A stretch of DNA of 63,890 nt, the filler included, from Perkinsus chesapeaki ATCC PRA-425 (taxonomy: Eukaryota > Protista > Perkinsozoa): the NCBI GenBank assembly GCA_013115145.1. It is 10 parts of 10 records of this genome, joined end to end, with 100 filler letters (N's around TTAATTAATTAA, not from the genome) between each part and the next. Parts side by side here need not be neighbours in the genome. Positions count along the whole stretch, not along the records: positions 3,399 to 28,626 come from JAAPAO010000529.1; 9 more parts are not named here. One strand, written 5' to 3'. Below, one piece after another: positions 14,201 through 24,512 of the stretch. Positions within the stretch are counted from its first letter, which is position 1, and every line of letters begins with the position of its first letter. The position numbers and the translations under genes are program-made. Below the pieces are notes generated by a model. That model saw only the letters and a list, made by a program, of their open reading frames with translations. It did no database searches and was not told where the DNA came from.

Positions 14201-14911
14201 TTGTCAGGTGTCGGATGCGCCATTAAGTGCTATACAGTGTTCTCAGGCCAAGAACTTTAAGTGGAGTGTTTACAAGCCTTTTGTAAGTAAATTGGATGGC
14301 CGATAATTGCAAGTCGGGTTTTGGGTTTTGAGAATCGGGTTTCGGGTTTTGAGAATCAGAGCAATTAGTTATTATAGTACTTGTATTATAATGAATAGGT
14401 ATAGGAATCAGATGTATTAGTGATTATTAGCAGTAGCGATCTGGGTGGTATTATTTGATGAGATCTAGCACTGAAGAGTGTATCGTTCTCGACTTTTTAA
14501 TTCAAAAAGTCTAAAACAATACACACAACAAAAAATTAATCATTAAATTAAGATTTTGACCGTGTTATTTATTTTTTCTATTAAAAGTTATAATCATAAA
14601 ATTGACTTGGTAGTAATCGGTTATAATAATTTGTAGTTTTAAACTGCAATGATAGTTTTATTTAATAATACAGTAGCCGTGGGTCTACGTATGGCTTTCG
14701 TGTCGAGTGTAAAATTTTTATTTCGAAAATTGGCTTAATTCGATTCTACATCACGACGGTTGCTTGCCGTTCATCAGTCAGACAATCTACACTAGGGATT
14801 CTAGTGCACTTTAACAAAGCCGTCTTTTTTTAGGAGCCATTGGAGACTACCCTTTACCATCAAGCCGAGAAGAACTACCCTGCGGTTCTTGCCAGCGCGG
14901 ACGTTAACTAA
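5246..14911 (+). CDS. GALNT: Polypeptide N-acetylgalactosaminyltransferase (GT27) with an extended ricin-B lectin region; more than 20 exons, 5' end not resolved
   Basis: In-frame exons: 5246-5316 (..KISV), 5823-5912 (VLPCANEGEFMVKT..), 6785-6849 (VVVDDGS), 6900-6961 (GLINAKSKG), 7367-7474 (IIFLDCH, DxH motif), 8145-8271, 8654-8798 (GGYDENMLGWGGEN..WLCGG), 9535-9638 (VAHMWR), 9687-9799, ~10168-10224 (LKCKPFGWFL), then lectin exons, and a last exon 14834-14911 ending TAA. One junction near 12045-12090 did not join cleanly by eye. Confidence 0.9.
7878..7947. repeat. Intronic 31-bp inverted repeat with a 7-nt loop
   Basis: TGTAGAGTTGATGTTATTGAGTTGGTTTGAA ggctgca TTCAAACCACCTCAATGACATCAATTCTAACA. 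Confidence 0.85.
9804..10127. repeat. 38-bp minisatellite inside a GalNAc-T intron, spanning an N gap
   Basis: Unit GGGGTTACGCACTGTGAAGAATATCTTTTCATGATACA, near-identical copies on both sides of the gap 9848-9943. Confidence 0.95.
10883..10922 (+). other. 40-nt intron consisting mostly of a tRNA 3'-end fragment
   Basis: GTAAG gac GAGGG TTCGATC CCGGC ACATGTC A TTTTT AG; flanking exons join in frame (CCSSFR/NWNTDQC). Confidence 0.7.
11049..11101 (+). other. 53-nt intron with a tRNA 3'-end fragment
   Basis: GTAAG aagac CCGGG TTCGAAT CCCAG GTAGGGT A TTTTT..AG; exons join in frame (HQL/QLAPG). Confidence 0.75.
12562..12733 (+). repeat. 172-bp dispersed repeat, copy 1 (intronic)
   Basis: Near-identical to 15713-15884, with a few substitutions. 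Confidence 0.9.
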
Positions 14912-15042
14912 GCCGCTGGGAGAGTTGATACTGTACATTGATTTCTGAATCGAATCAAATTACCGAAGGCCTTCTACATTTTGGCTTCCCTCTAGATAAT
15001 TGAACTTCTCTAGCCGTTCCTTTATTATTCCTGTTTGTTGGG

Positions 15043-15089
15043 TTGGCAATGGTCGTGGGTTCGAATCCTGGTAAGGGTGTTTTATGTAG
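15043..15089 (+). other. tRNA 3'-end fragment immediately upstream of a splice acceptor (donor not pinned)
   Basis: ggtc GTGGG TTCGAAT CCTGG TAAGGGT G TTTT atgtAG. Confidence 0.6.
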
Positions 15090-18000
15090 CCTGGGCGATT
15101 GGGTGAATATGACTGGCAGCCCTCCGCCGGTGACTTCATCCGGCGAGCAAATGCAGCTTTACCGCCAGAAACGGGCACTTCAAGGTTTGCTACGGAAATG
15201 GCTGGACAGATTAGTTTCGAAAAGTGTTGTACAATCGAATAGTAGAGGTGAGCAGCCATCGGAGCACCCGGGTTCGAGTCCCAGTGGAGCGTTTTTTAAT
15301 CAGGCACAGGTTTGAGTTCTCGCGAGCTGGAGCTGCTCTGGACGAATCTTTTCGGCGTTTCTGGTTCCGATTCTGTAAACGAACTTCAATTTTTACACGC
15401 CATTGAAACTAGTGAAGGTTTTCCGGACGAGTGGACTTACAGAGAGAAGGTGAGTGGGAGCATCGGGAAGGGTATTGTAGAAGCGTGGATCACTGAAGGA
15501 GTGCGGTGGAGATATGGCTGGGAAGTGCATTATTTTTGGCTGCTTTCTGGATCGTTCCGGTGTAGGGTTGCTGTGCTGATCAATTAGCTTGTCATTTTTG
15601 CGCATTTGTCTACGACTGGTTTGGGTGTCATGACGAATCATACCGGCTATTGTGCGTTGGTAGAAACATTATGGATAGTGTTGGGTTTAGCTCTGGTTAG
15701 AATCTGGTTTTCGAATTGGAATAATGTGCATTTTCCCATTGTCGTTAAATTGACCAGCAAATGGTGTATAGCGCATCTGAGGATACTTCCGAGGTGCTCA
15801 TTTCTGTGGATGGGTGACTTTTCTTTAATTGCCAGCTCGATAACTTTTCATTCGAATGTGGCACTACTAATCGTACGGGTCGGGGTATTCTTGGATTAAT
15901 AGATCATTGATTTATAGTATCATTTGACTCATAATAATTAACAAAAATCATTATACGACTGCTGTTGGTAGCTCCGCCGGGTCTGTGTTGATTACAATAA
16001 CGTGGTATTGATCTATACCTGTTGATAGTGAAACTGAAACATGTGTGGAGTTGGAGGAATTATGTCAGTTGGATGGGATGGAGTATCTAAGGACACATGG
16101 CTTCGTTTAGGAACACTAATTAGTTCTGGCTGGATGATAGTGTATTAGACTGTCAACAGGGATTCTTGTACTAGTATGAGTATGGTCCAATACCAGTGGT
16201 ATTGGTTTATAGATACTGTTCATAAACCCCTCTGCAAAATAATGGAACATACCGTATTTTCTCGATATACCGATAGAGCGAGCGAGAAACACGTCACTGG
16301 TATGACTACTCTATTTCGTATATTATAGTCACTGAACTTACAAAAAATCATGATTCAACACGCAATGTTGAAGAATAATCGAGAAAATACGGTATGTTCC
16401 ATTATTTTGCAGGGGCGCTTAGTAACCAGTTTATAGCGTGCATTTATCCCTCAGGTTGATTTGTATCGACTGCTGTGGTTTTCATGCTGCGACTCCCTGG
16501 AAGGCATGAGTGTCTCGTCGTTGGAAGCTGCCTCTCCCAGCGAGCTGTCGTCTAAGCTTAGACTTGATCGAGATGATTGGCTGAATTGTAAAGTGCTCAA
16601 GATGCTGCCAGGTAAGCAGCTGCTGAGGTTTAGTTCCTTTAGTCAGTTTCGTTGCAATGTTTCCCGCGGGACGTTGGCTTGTATTTCCCGGGACCGTTTC
16701 TGTTAGTTCCGAGCTGCGTATTGTAGACGCAGCAATCGTGTAGGTATGTGATACCTTTGGAGACTATTTCTCGCCATGACATAGCTCACAGAAAGTTATC
16801 GATGATTAACCGTATTGATTCTATTTACGATTATATTAGAAAAACTTTTGTCGCAAAAGGGGGCACAACACAAACTCATCACATCGGTGATGAGTCCCCT
16901 TTTGGTATAGTAGGACTAACTCATCACATCGGTGATGAGTCCCTTTTGGTATAGTAGGACTAACTCATCACATCGGTGGCACACTCAGCACAAGAGCGTT
17001 GCATTATCTCCTTGATGTGATAGCTGATGAAACTTTCAGAAAATCTTGGATTTGTAGAAGATAGTCTGATAGAAATTGTAATTTGTAGAAATCCTTTTCC
17101 AGATTTTTTGGGAATTATTCTACATCAGTTTAGTGGCCAAGTTCGCGAGTTTCTCCGCTCCTTTCTAATCTAGTTGGCGATTGTAGGCATCAGAGCATCA
17201 TCCAAGCACGCAGGCGGCCGCATTGCACACACACGATTGCTAAGACCTACGGCCTGCGGTATTGTGTCGTATGCCTGCAGAAGGCTGCAGTGTCTATCTC
17301 AGCACTGCTGGTATTGCTATCCCGCAATCCTTTCTATTATTTCGTGCTCGTTCTCCAGTTCATCTTTACTCTTTCCCTTTTGCGTTGCTACATTGTGACT
17401 TTGTTTAATAACTGTCGGCGCCGGGGCTCGAACCCGATACTGTTAGGTTACAAGTCTCATTTTTTTCAGCTAACAATCCGAAGTACTCCTTGTCGCCGAC
17501 GGTTTCTTGTGATAGTATTGATACTATTGCCGCGGATGTGGCGCGAGCTGTAGCGTACCGACGGGAAGATCTGTAAGAAGGGTATGAATCAAATTGTGAA
17601 AAAATAAAGAATTCATAAATACTTTTATTAGGATTCATAATTTATGAATATGTATAGATTATATTAATTATTAGTTATATTCTCTATATATTAATATATT
17701 TAATAATATCCCATATTATCTATATTATATTGGTATAGAGATCTATAGTATATTTATAACTAGTTATATGGCGGTCCTTAGGATCTTAGCTTTTCTGTGA
17801 AGCACGTTTGTTGTTTACGGCTGAAACTTTTCGGAGTTCCTCGTTTTCTTTGCAATCGCAAGTCGCGGTCAATGATGAATTTGTTTATCTGATTTTTGTT
17901 GGGTCTTGCCTGGAAGTAAGGAGTATCGGAGGTTCTACAAGGCTTCCTGCTAGAATGATGATGATAAAGTAGAAGTGGCAGAAGCCCACTGGACTGCGAC

Positions 18001-21000
18001 GGAATACGCAACAGCAGGTGGCCGAGTCTTTTACTCGGCAGCGCGTATGATAGGAAAGATATACTATATAATATAACGTGATCTCTACTATATGCCTTGT
18101 GTGACCAAGCTCTGCGGCTAGGTATCGTGGGAGTCATGCAAGCAACGGCATGCAGGATGACCCGTGCACTTGAAGCTTCAGGCCCGTAGTTCCGCAAACC
18201 GTACCGTATCGAAAACCGTAATTCTGCTAATCTATAACTATATATCATACAAGGTGACGGAACTGCCGTCTAATATTTATTTCAAACCGCATGAGAGAAT
18301 TCGTGGCGCAGTTTTTGAGCGCTCAGCGAGCTCTTTCCAATGCTGATTCATATTCGTAAAACAGGCTGAGTTATAACTAAACGAAAAAGAGCGTTTAATG
18401 AAAAACAGTGGTTGCAATTTTGAAAGTGTATAACTTTGAAAACATTCTAATAGGCTGGATGGTAAAGAAGTAGCATTGGTTTCATTTAGAGTGATGCTGG
18501 ATTTCACCGGCAGCGAGCTGTCGTCGGCGGAGGAAGTGCAGCTACTGCCGGCTCGGGCGTATAGATTGGCTTTCATACGGCAAGCAGTTGGAAGGCTTAT
18601 TGAGGCGTATTGCCAAGATACTCGAATACCTATGATGTGTAAGAATGGGGGGCTGTATACTTCGCGGTTTCATGGGGACTCGTTGGGGTTAATTTATCTG
18701 GCACTGGAAGTAGTGTAAGAATGGGGAAGTCTGTAGACTTGGCGGTTTCATGGGGACTCGTTAGGGTGAATTTATCTGGCACTGGAAGTAGCTGGGGGTC
18801 CTTTTCCGGTGGATCGGGGGTGTGTAGAAGGATGCAGGTCGTTGGGGTTGTGTCAACAATTTTCTAGTGTCAGCTTGATAGCTCGACTATCTAACATTTG
18901 GTTAGAAGCCCTCCATGGTAGTTGCCTCGTATCGCTCAGCCTCAAGGGTAGTCCGATGGCGGAATCCCGAGTCTCAAACACGAAGGATAATCTCGAGCTT
19001 GGACGTGGCCCCACTGCCCATGCTTTGTCCTTTTGCCGTGATGGTAGTATCACTAGTATTAACAGAATGCGAATTCTGTTAATAGAATTAGAATTCGGAT
19101 GTCATTAGAATTCAGCACCAGTTTGAATTACACAACGGTTTCAGCGATGCTCTTACTCTTTGGGAAGGTTGATCTGGTTAAGAGACTTTTACCAAAGGAA
19201 GCATTCACAGTTTATAAAATCTTACTTTCTAATAAGAGTGTCATATTGATAGAGAAAAACAGACTGTTTTGAACAGTATGACTACCATAGGGGCCGTTCA
19301 ATTAGCCGATTTTGAAATCCAGAATCGATTCCAGAACTGCTTTTTACACGCAAAAGACGATGCAGCTGGAATCGATCCTGAATCTCAGAATTGGTTTAAT
19401 GAACAGGGGGACAGACAAAGGTGAGGTACCCGTGGATAGTACGTGTCTTGATTGGTTGTTGGTCATGTTATTTCTATTATTTTCTCAGCTGTTGTTCCTC
19501 CAGCTGCACCTTCAACACATGTTGGAAGCCGTAAAATCCAAACTAGTGTCGGCAGCAGCAGCAGCACGGTGGTGAGTCTGGGCTCGATGAGATCTGTCAG
19601 TAGGGTGAAGATCAATATTCTTCCCGATGTGATTCTTCCTTTCGTTTGTAGTAAGTAGAGTCTTGGCGAGAACACCAAGGCCAAAAAATGTGCATGCATA
19701 TTTCTATTTTGTGAAAAGGAGTGTCGCTGGCGAGAGCCGTACTACTGTATCTATCAGCCAAGCCGAAGCAAAATTCAGCTTTCAGTTGTTATTAGAAACT
19801 GATTAAGCTTCATCCACTTTGTTTCGTCGAATGTATTCACTTTCTAGTATGATATTACCCCTACTGTGAGTCACAGTCCACCAAGGTCCACTGTATACAG
19901 TCCAAGGCGTCCACAGTGACACCTTGCCCATGCGTATTATAATTATCAGTTGCCAACTACAATAATACTCAATGAGCTTTTAATGAGACAAACTAAATAC
20001 AAGAAAAACTGTAAAAATAGTGAACCAAGGCCGTTTTCGGAGTGCGCAAAAAACATCGCTCCGCTGGAGCCGCGCGAGACTGTTGTTTATTTTCAGTCAT
20101 CGGTGTATGAGGGCCCTTGGAGGACCGACGCATTGTGTGAAGCATGCTTGATGTGGGATAGGAGGTATCTTAGGGTCGACTAACGGATTCCGGGGCAGGG
20201 GTTCGAACCAGATACCGTTAAATTGACAGTCGCGTATCTTCTAAACAATCAATCCGAAGTGTGTTGTCCCCGACGGTGTCATGTAAAAAATATTACCGCG
20301 CAAATTTCTCTCACCATTTTGTATTTTATCATTCGAGCTGTGAATGTGCTAGAAAGAGGCTTATACCCTCACTTTCTAGCGGCGCCATTGAATGGTTGTC
20401 TACTTGTGCGTATCTTCATGAAATGCTGAACGTGCGGATGATAGAAAAGTGGCTGGGTTGGATGGAGTGTTTTTCTTACAAACTTTCCAACTCAAAAAAA
20501 CGAGGAAGATATTCTCGATTTAATGGGGGGCGTATAGTTCACTCCGTCCTTTTTGGGCACTTAAACGAAATTTGAGATTAGCCCAGGATGAATTAAATAT
20601 GATACATTACGCTTAGTTTGACACAGGTGTCTAAATGCTGTCCAGTTAGGAATCAAGTGAGATTAGTTCTCGCGGCATCTTTCACCCCCGTCATTGCTCA
20701 CCTTCAAAAAACGTGTCAATCTGGCTCGTTAATTACTCCGTTTCAGACGAGTCCAATATGGTGTTCTAGCCAATGGTGATTTCCACACTAACGCTCGGCG
20801 CCTCTTACCTCAATGGATGATGAGAAACCTGGAGGATCGTCGTCGGACTGGTAGAAGGTGATCGGTATTAGGTCGCCAGTTGTTTGTTCAGGTAGGGATG
20901 GTCTTTCGAGGAGGCAGGAGAGTGTTATCGGGTAGGTGAGGGGAGAATTGGAGCGTGTGTTCGTACGTCCGAAGGTGATGAACCCGTCCACGAAATTGTA

Positions 21001-22714
21001 TCGCATACAGGAAAAAGAGTTTGGCATTTTCGCTCGCCCAGTTTTCGCTCGCCCAGTCACATTTAGTGAATCTACCAAAGATGGCGCTTCCGTAAAATTA
21101 TATCGCACATCGCATACCGCCAAACATTTCGCTCTAGCGACCAGCGGTGGCCGGTAGTCTCCGCAACATTACAGTTGATTATTCCTGATAGTGTATCATA
21201 GGTTACCATTATGCAGTCTATTAGGTCACTGTCTTTCGAGTTCTTTGCTCTGTCAATGGTTATTATAACAGTTGTTTTTGATGGTAGGAAGAATCAAGGC
21301 TTCCCTCTAGCTTAGCGTCCTTTTTGCTTACCACAAATTGTGATGACTAAAATGCCTTATCTGGTCAGTATGGTATATCGAAGATGATCAGGTCACATAC
21401 GGTTGGAGAAGTCATAGGAAATCATGATGAGAGGGAATGGCGGAAATCTGCCGGTATTTACCATCTCTTTGGCGTTATCTATTTTTACCATTGGCATAAT
21501 GGCTGGCACAGGAAGCAATTCTTCTCATCGGGCAATTGTCATTTGCTTGGCAAGGTCTTCGTTCTGCGGTCAAAATATGACCAGTGGAAGAGCTCAGCTC
21601 GGGTCCCACTTTCAATTCATTTGTTATTAGTGTTGTTGGAGGATCCGAGATTCCCGGTGTACTTGTTAATTGCCCAATCTAGAGATAAACTAAATTTTGG
21701 GAGAACTTCGAAAAGGTCATGTGCCACCGATGTATAGCTTATAGCTGACTGAGTGCAAGTAGCCCTGGTGTAAGCTTTCATGATGCGAGTAACATTCAGT
21801 TTAATAATATCTTAGTAAATAATAGTGAATTTTAGTAAATATATATTTAGTATTTATAATGAGTAAATAATATATAAATAAACTAATGTAATAACAATAA
21901 ATAGAATTAGTAGACGCCCGTTGCAGTGTAATAACCTACTCAACGCTGTAGTCGGTGGCCGGCTAAAGTTGTCATTGGTGGTCTTGCAGCTTTATGTATT
22001 TCAGAAAGACCCTCCGACGTCCCCTCCGTAGTAGATTATGCCTCCTCAACGGTAAGGGAAGAAACGAGCTCGTCTAGTTGCTCGTCGTATCTTGTGGGGG
22101 AGAACGTTGAAGTATTGAAGGCCCTGCCGATCAGCAATAGGAAATCTAGACGGCCGACTGAACCCAGCACGCCTCGGAACAAAAAGTTAGTTAGTGAAGC
22201 TGAGCGAATGACACCTCCAAGTGAAGAGCGCGTCGGTATGAAGGTCGAGGATTCGTCGCCTGAGAGCGAGAGCGCATCGGCGGCAACCCCGGTGGAGTCC
22301 TATGCTCCTCCTGCCGCCGTTGGCAAATACCGGTATAGCAGTATTGAGAAGAGTCGGCCGTCTAGTATGTGTGGCTTCGAATTGCCTCCAGCGGTGACAG
22401 GGAGCGCATCGATGGTTAGTAGTGTGAATTCGTGGAGTGAAGGTCGGCGAGGATCACAAGTTAGGCCTTCTCGGTGGGACGAGGCTTTATCAGCGCAATT
22501 CGGCAACGTGCGGCAAAGCAGGAGAGAATCTGACAATTTCAGCGAGAAGATACGCGTGTCGCTCACTAGAAAGATATCGGAGAGTGTCGCTGGAGAATCA
22601 TCCAGAGCAGGAAACAGCGATTCTGTGATTGAGCCATATTTGGGCGAGCGGAGCGAAGCGGAAATTCAAGCGCTTCCTGATGGTGCGTTATTTTCGTTTG
22701 GCATGAAGGAATGA
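15090..22714 (+). CDS. Putative multi-exon hypothetical gene (may be more than one gene)
   Basis: Exon-like blocks with splice sites at 15090-15247, 15304-~15448, ~16457-16611, ~18490-18640, ~19497-19573, and a long Ser/Glu/Arg-rich terminal exon ~22005-22714. Only the first junction was verified in frame; no family recognised. Confidence 0.4.
15248..15303 (+). other. 56-nt intron with a tRNA 3'-half-like fragment
   Basis: GTGAG cagccat cggag cac CCGGG TTCGAGT CCCAG TGGAGCG TTTTTT aatcAG; exons join in frame (SR-G-TGLSS). Confidence 0.75.
15713..15884 (+). repeat. 172-bp dispersed repeat, copy 2
   Basis: Near-identical to 12562-12733. Confidence 0.9.
16223..16421. mobile_element. MITE/foldback element, 199 bp, possibly nested
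   Basis: Perfect 35-bp inverted repeat 16232-16266 / 16378-16412; the outer end TAAACCCCTCTGCAAAATAAT resembles the 4109 element; inner TA-CCGTATTTTCTCG...CGAGAAAATACGG-TA. Confidence 0.8.
16873..16978. repeat. Tandem repeat of 44-45 bp (about 2.4 copies), each unit containing a 9-bp hairpin
   Basis: Unit AACTCATCAC ATCG GTGATGAGT CCC(C)TTTTGGTATAGTAGGACT. Confidence 0.9.
17413..17500 (-). pseudogene. tRNA-shaped element (88 nt); possible Phe(GAA) relic with a 16-nt intron; D-arm/A-box degenerate
   Basis: Acceptor GTCGGCG/CGCCGAC+A, anticodon stem GTTAG/CTAAC, T-arm TCGGG TTCGAGC CCCGG; no D-stem pairing and no downstream T4 terminator. Confidence 0.55.
18657..18793 (+). repeat. Local direct duplication of about 55 bp
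   Basis: ACTT(C/G)GCGGTTTCATGGGGACTCGTT(G/A)GGGT(T/G)AATTTATCTGGCACTGGAAGTAG occurs twice, about 79 bp apart. Confidence 0.85.
19057..19084. repeat. Perfect 12-bp hairpin with a GCGA loop
   Basis: TATTAACAGAAT GCGA ATTCTGTTAATA. Confidence 0.85.
19308..19392. repeat. Imperfect inverted repeat of about 32 bp with a 21-bp spacer
   Basis: GATTTTGAAATCCAGAATCGATTCCAGAACTGC ... GCAGCTGGAATCGATCCTGAATCTCAGAATT. Confidence 0.75.
20188..20274 (-). pseudogene. Second, more degenerate copy of the tRNA-shaped element
   Basis: Aligns to 17413-17500 (ACCGTCGG.GACAA..ACTTCGGATTG..TAAC.GTATC.GGTTCGA.CCCC); similarity extends about 35 nt upstream. Confidence 0.5.
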
Positions 22715-23042
22715 AGATTTGTTATTCCAAACATGTTGAGGATAAGTTGGTTGCTGTTGTGTTGAGTGATTCAATTTTCGTGTGAGGAATCACACCGCAG
22801 ATTTTTGTGTCACAACTTGTCCCGCGGATATCCACCCAAGTTTCGTGCGCTCTCTATTACTAATATATCTATTTCCTACTTTCTTACTACTTACGTACTC
22901 TTACTATTGATAGGAGCCTTTTCGGCGCCTTGCTTGAGATATGTCCTCTGTGCTGTACTTGGCGCTAGCTCGCCGGTGAGTGGTGCATGGGTCACTCAGC
23001 TGTTGTGTGCTAGTTATTAATAGGTGGTAGAATTATGAAGAT

Positions 23043-23874
23043 ATGGCAGTGGAAGCTGACGGCGTGAAAAAGAACACTGGAACGATGTGGGCAGGTGAAT
23101 TCGGTGATACTTATGCGGAATATTCTGCGGTGTTCGCCAAAGGTATCTTGTTTAAAGCTGCTTGCTTGTCTTTATTTTTGTATCAGATGCCGATGCCGAA
23201 CATATTGACATGTTGGGGGTTCCAACAAGAGATGTTATTATGCCAGCTATCGAGGAGGCATTGAAGGACTTGAAAGGAAAGGCTCTTAGTGAGGCGAAGG
23301 TAAGGGACAGTCTTGTGTCGCGTTTCCTAACGTTGTCCAGATGCTTGAAATCGGCTGTGGAACTGGAAGCATGTTAGATGTGCTGCGAGTTGAAGGAGCG
23401 AATCCTGACTTCTTGTACGGTGTTGATCTCAACAAGAGGTGCGTTGAAATCGCCAATGCTAACCATAAATTCCATGTAAGCTTGTTTGTGCAATCTGTCC
23501 CCGATTGTGTTATCTTTCAGGTACAACAAGTGGCCGACTACAACTACACGCTTCCTGGCAATCCCGATTTGGATATTGTCTTCTGTGAACAATGTTTGAA
23601 TTTAGTGCCGCCTGCTGAGGTTGAAGGTTTCTTTGCGAAGATTCGTCAGTTGCATCCGCGCTACTTCATCTTCCATGAAGGCATTAACCCGAATGGTTAT
23701 CAGCTTGCGGACTGGGGCGAGTGGTCAGCTCACACTAACGATTTCTTGAAGCTCTGCACCGAGAAGTTCGGCGCTCCGATCTATGTAGAGAACTTCAAGG
23801 CGAAAGATCCTGAGATGTTCGCACCGGTGACGCATGACACTACAGCGGTGTTTCGACTTGGTAAAGCCGAATGA
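23043..23874 (+). CDS. Class I SAM-dependent methyltransferase, paralog 1 (4 exons)
   Basis: Exons 23043-23142, 23187-23299, 23341-23475 and 23521-23874 join in frame; motifs WAGEFGDTYA, LEIGCGTG and GVDLN. Confidence 0.85.
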
Positions 23875-24512
23875 AGCATTTCTGGCGTGACAGGCACAAT
23901 TAACTCGATGTTCGAGTGTTATATAAATGTTTCTTAAACTACATCTCCTAGTCTTGCGTTACTCATAAAAAATGGCATGATGCCACATTCGGCCGGTTCT
24001 CAGACGGTTGGATGGCGTGAATGGCAGCGTGAGTTTTCGTTGTTTGCTGCTGTTCGTGCGAAAGGGGAAGCAAGAAAGATATCTTTTACCATCGCACTTT
24101 ACCCTCGCAATGTAAATTAGCTATGCGCGCGTGTAAAATATAGCTGCTCGTACTGTTGTTCGTTTTGCGCCGCGAAGTCAAGTAGCTCAGCAGAGCTTTT
24201 GGCTTCCCTTCTCGCCTTGTAGCCGTCTTCATGAACCGAGCAACAGACGTGAGATGTTGACTTAGCTCCTTCCCAGGGACGGCGGAAGTGCTAGTATGCT
24301 TGTGAATCTAATAGAGATAACTATTTATATTCAGTTCTATCATATTGGTATTGTGCTCTCAATATCGCGCTCGTTGGAAAGTGGCGCTAGCTCGAAGCTA
24401 GTAGCTCCAACTGAGCTAGCGTGTAGGACATCAGCTGTTCGTTAGAAAGATTGGTGACTAGGTAAATTAAGCTTGTTGTTCTCGTGTGCAGTGTTTTCAA
24501 GTTTCTTTCAAT

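Noticed and set aside
14315-14356. Telomere-like GGGTTTT/GGGTTTC runs (also ~13961-13995 and reversed at ~47083-47124 and ~45355)
   Set aside because: Short, irregular and intronic; not a telomeric array.
16873-16978. CRISPR-like palindromic repeats
   Set aside because: Spacers are identical, there are no cas genes and the context is eukaryotic; a simple tandem repeat.
24183-24196. TAGCTCAGCAGAGC, D-arm-like
   Set aside because: Too short, with no acceptor, anticodon or T-arm nearby.
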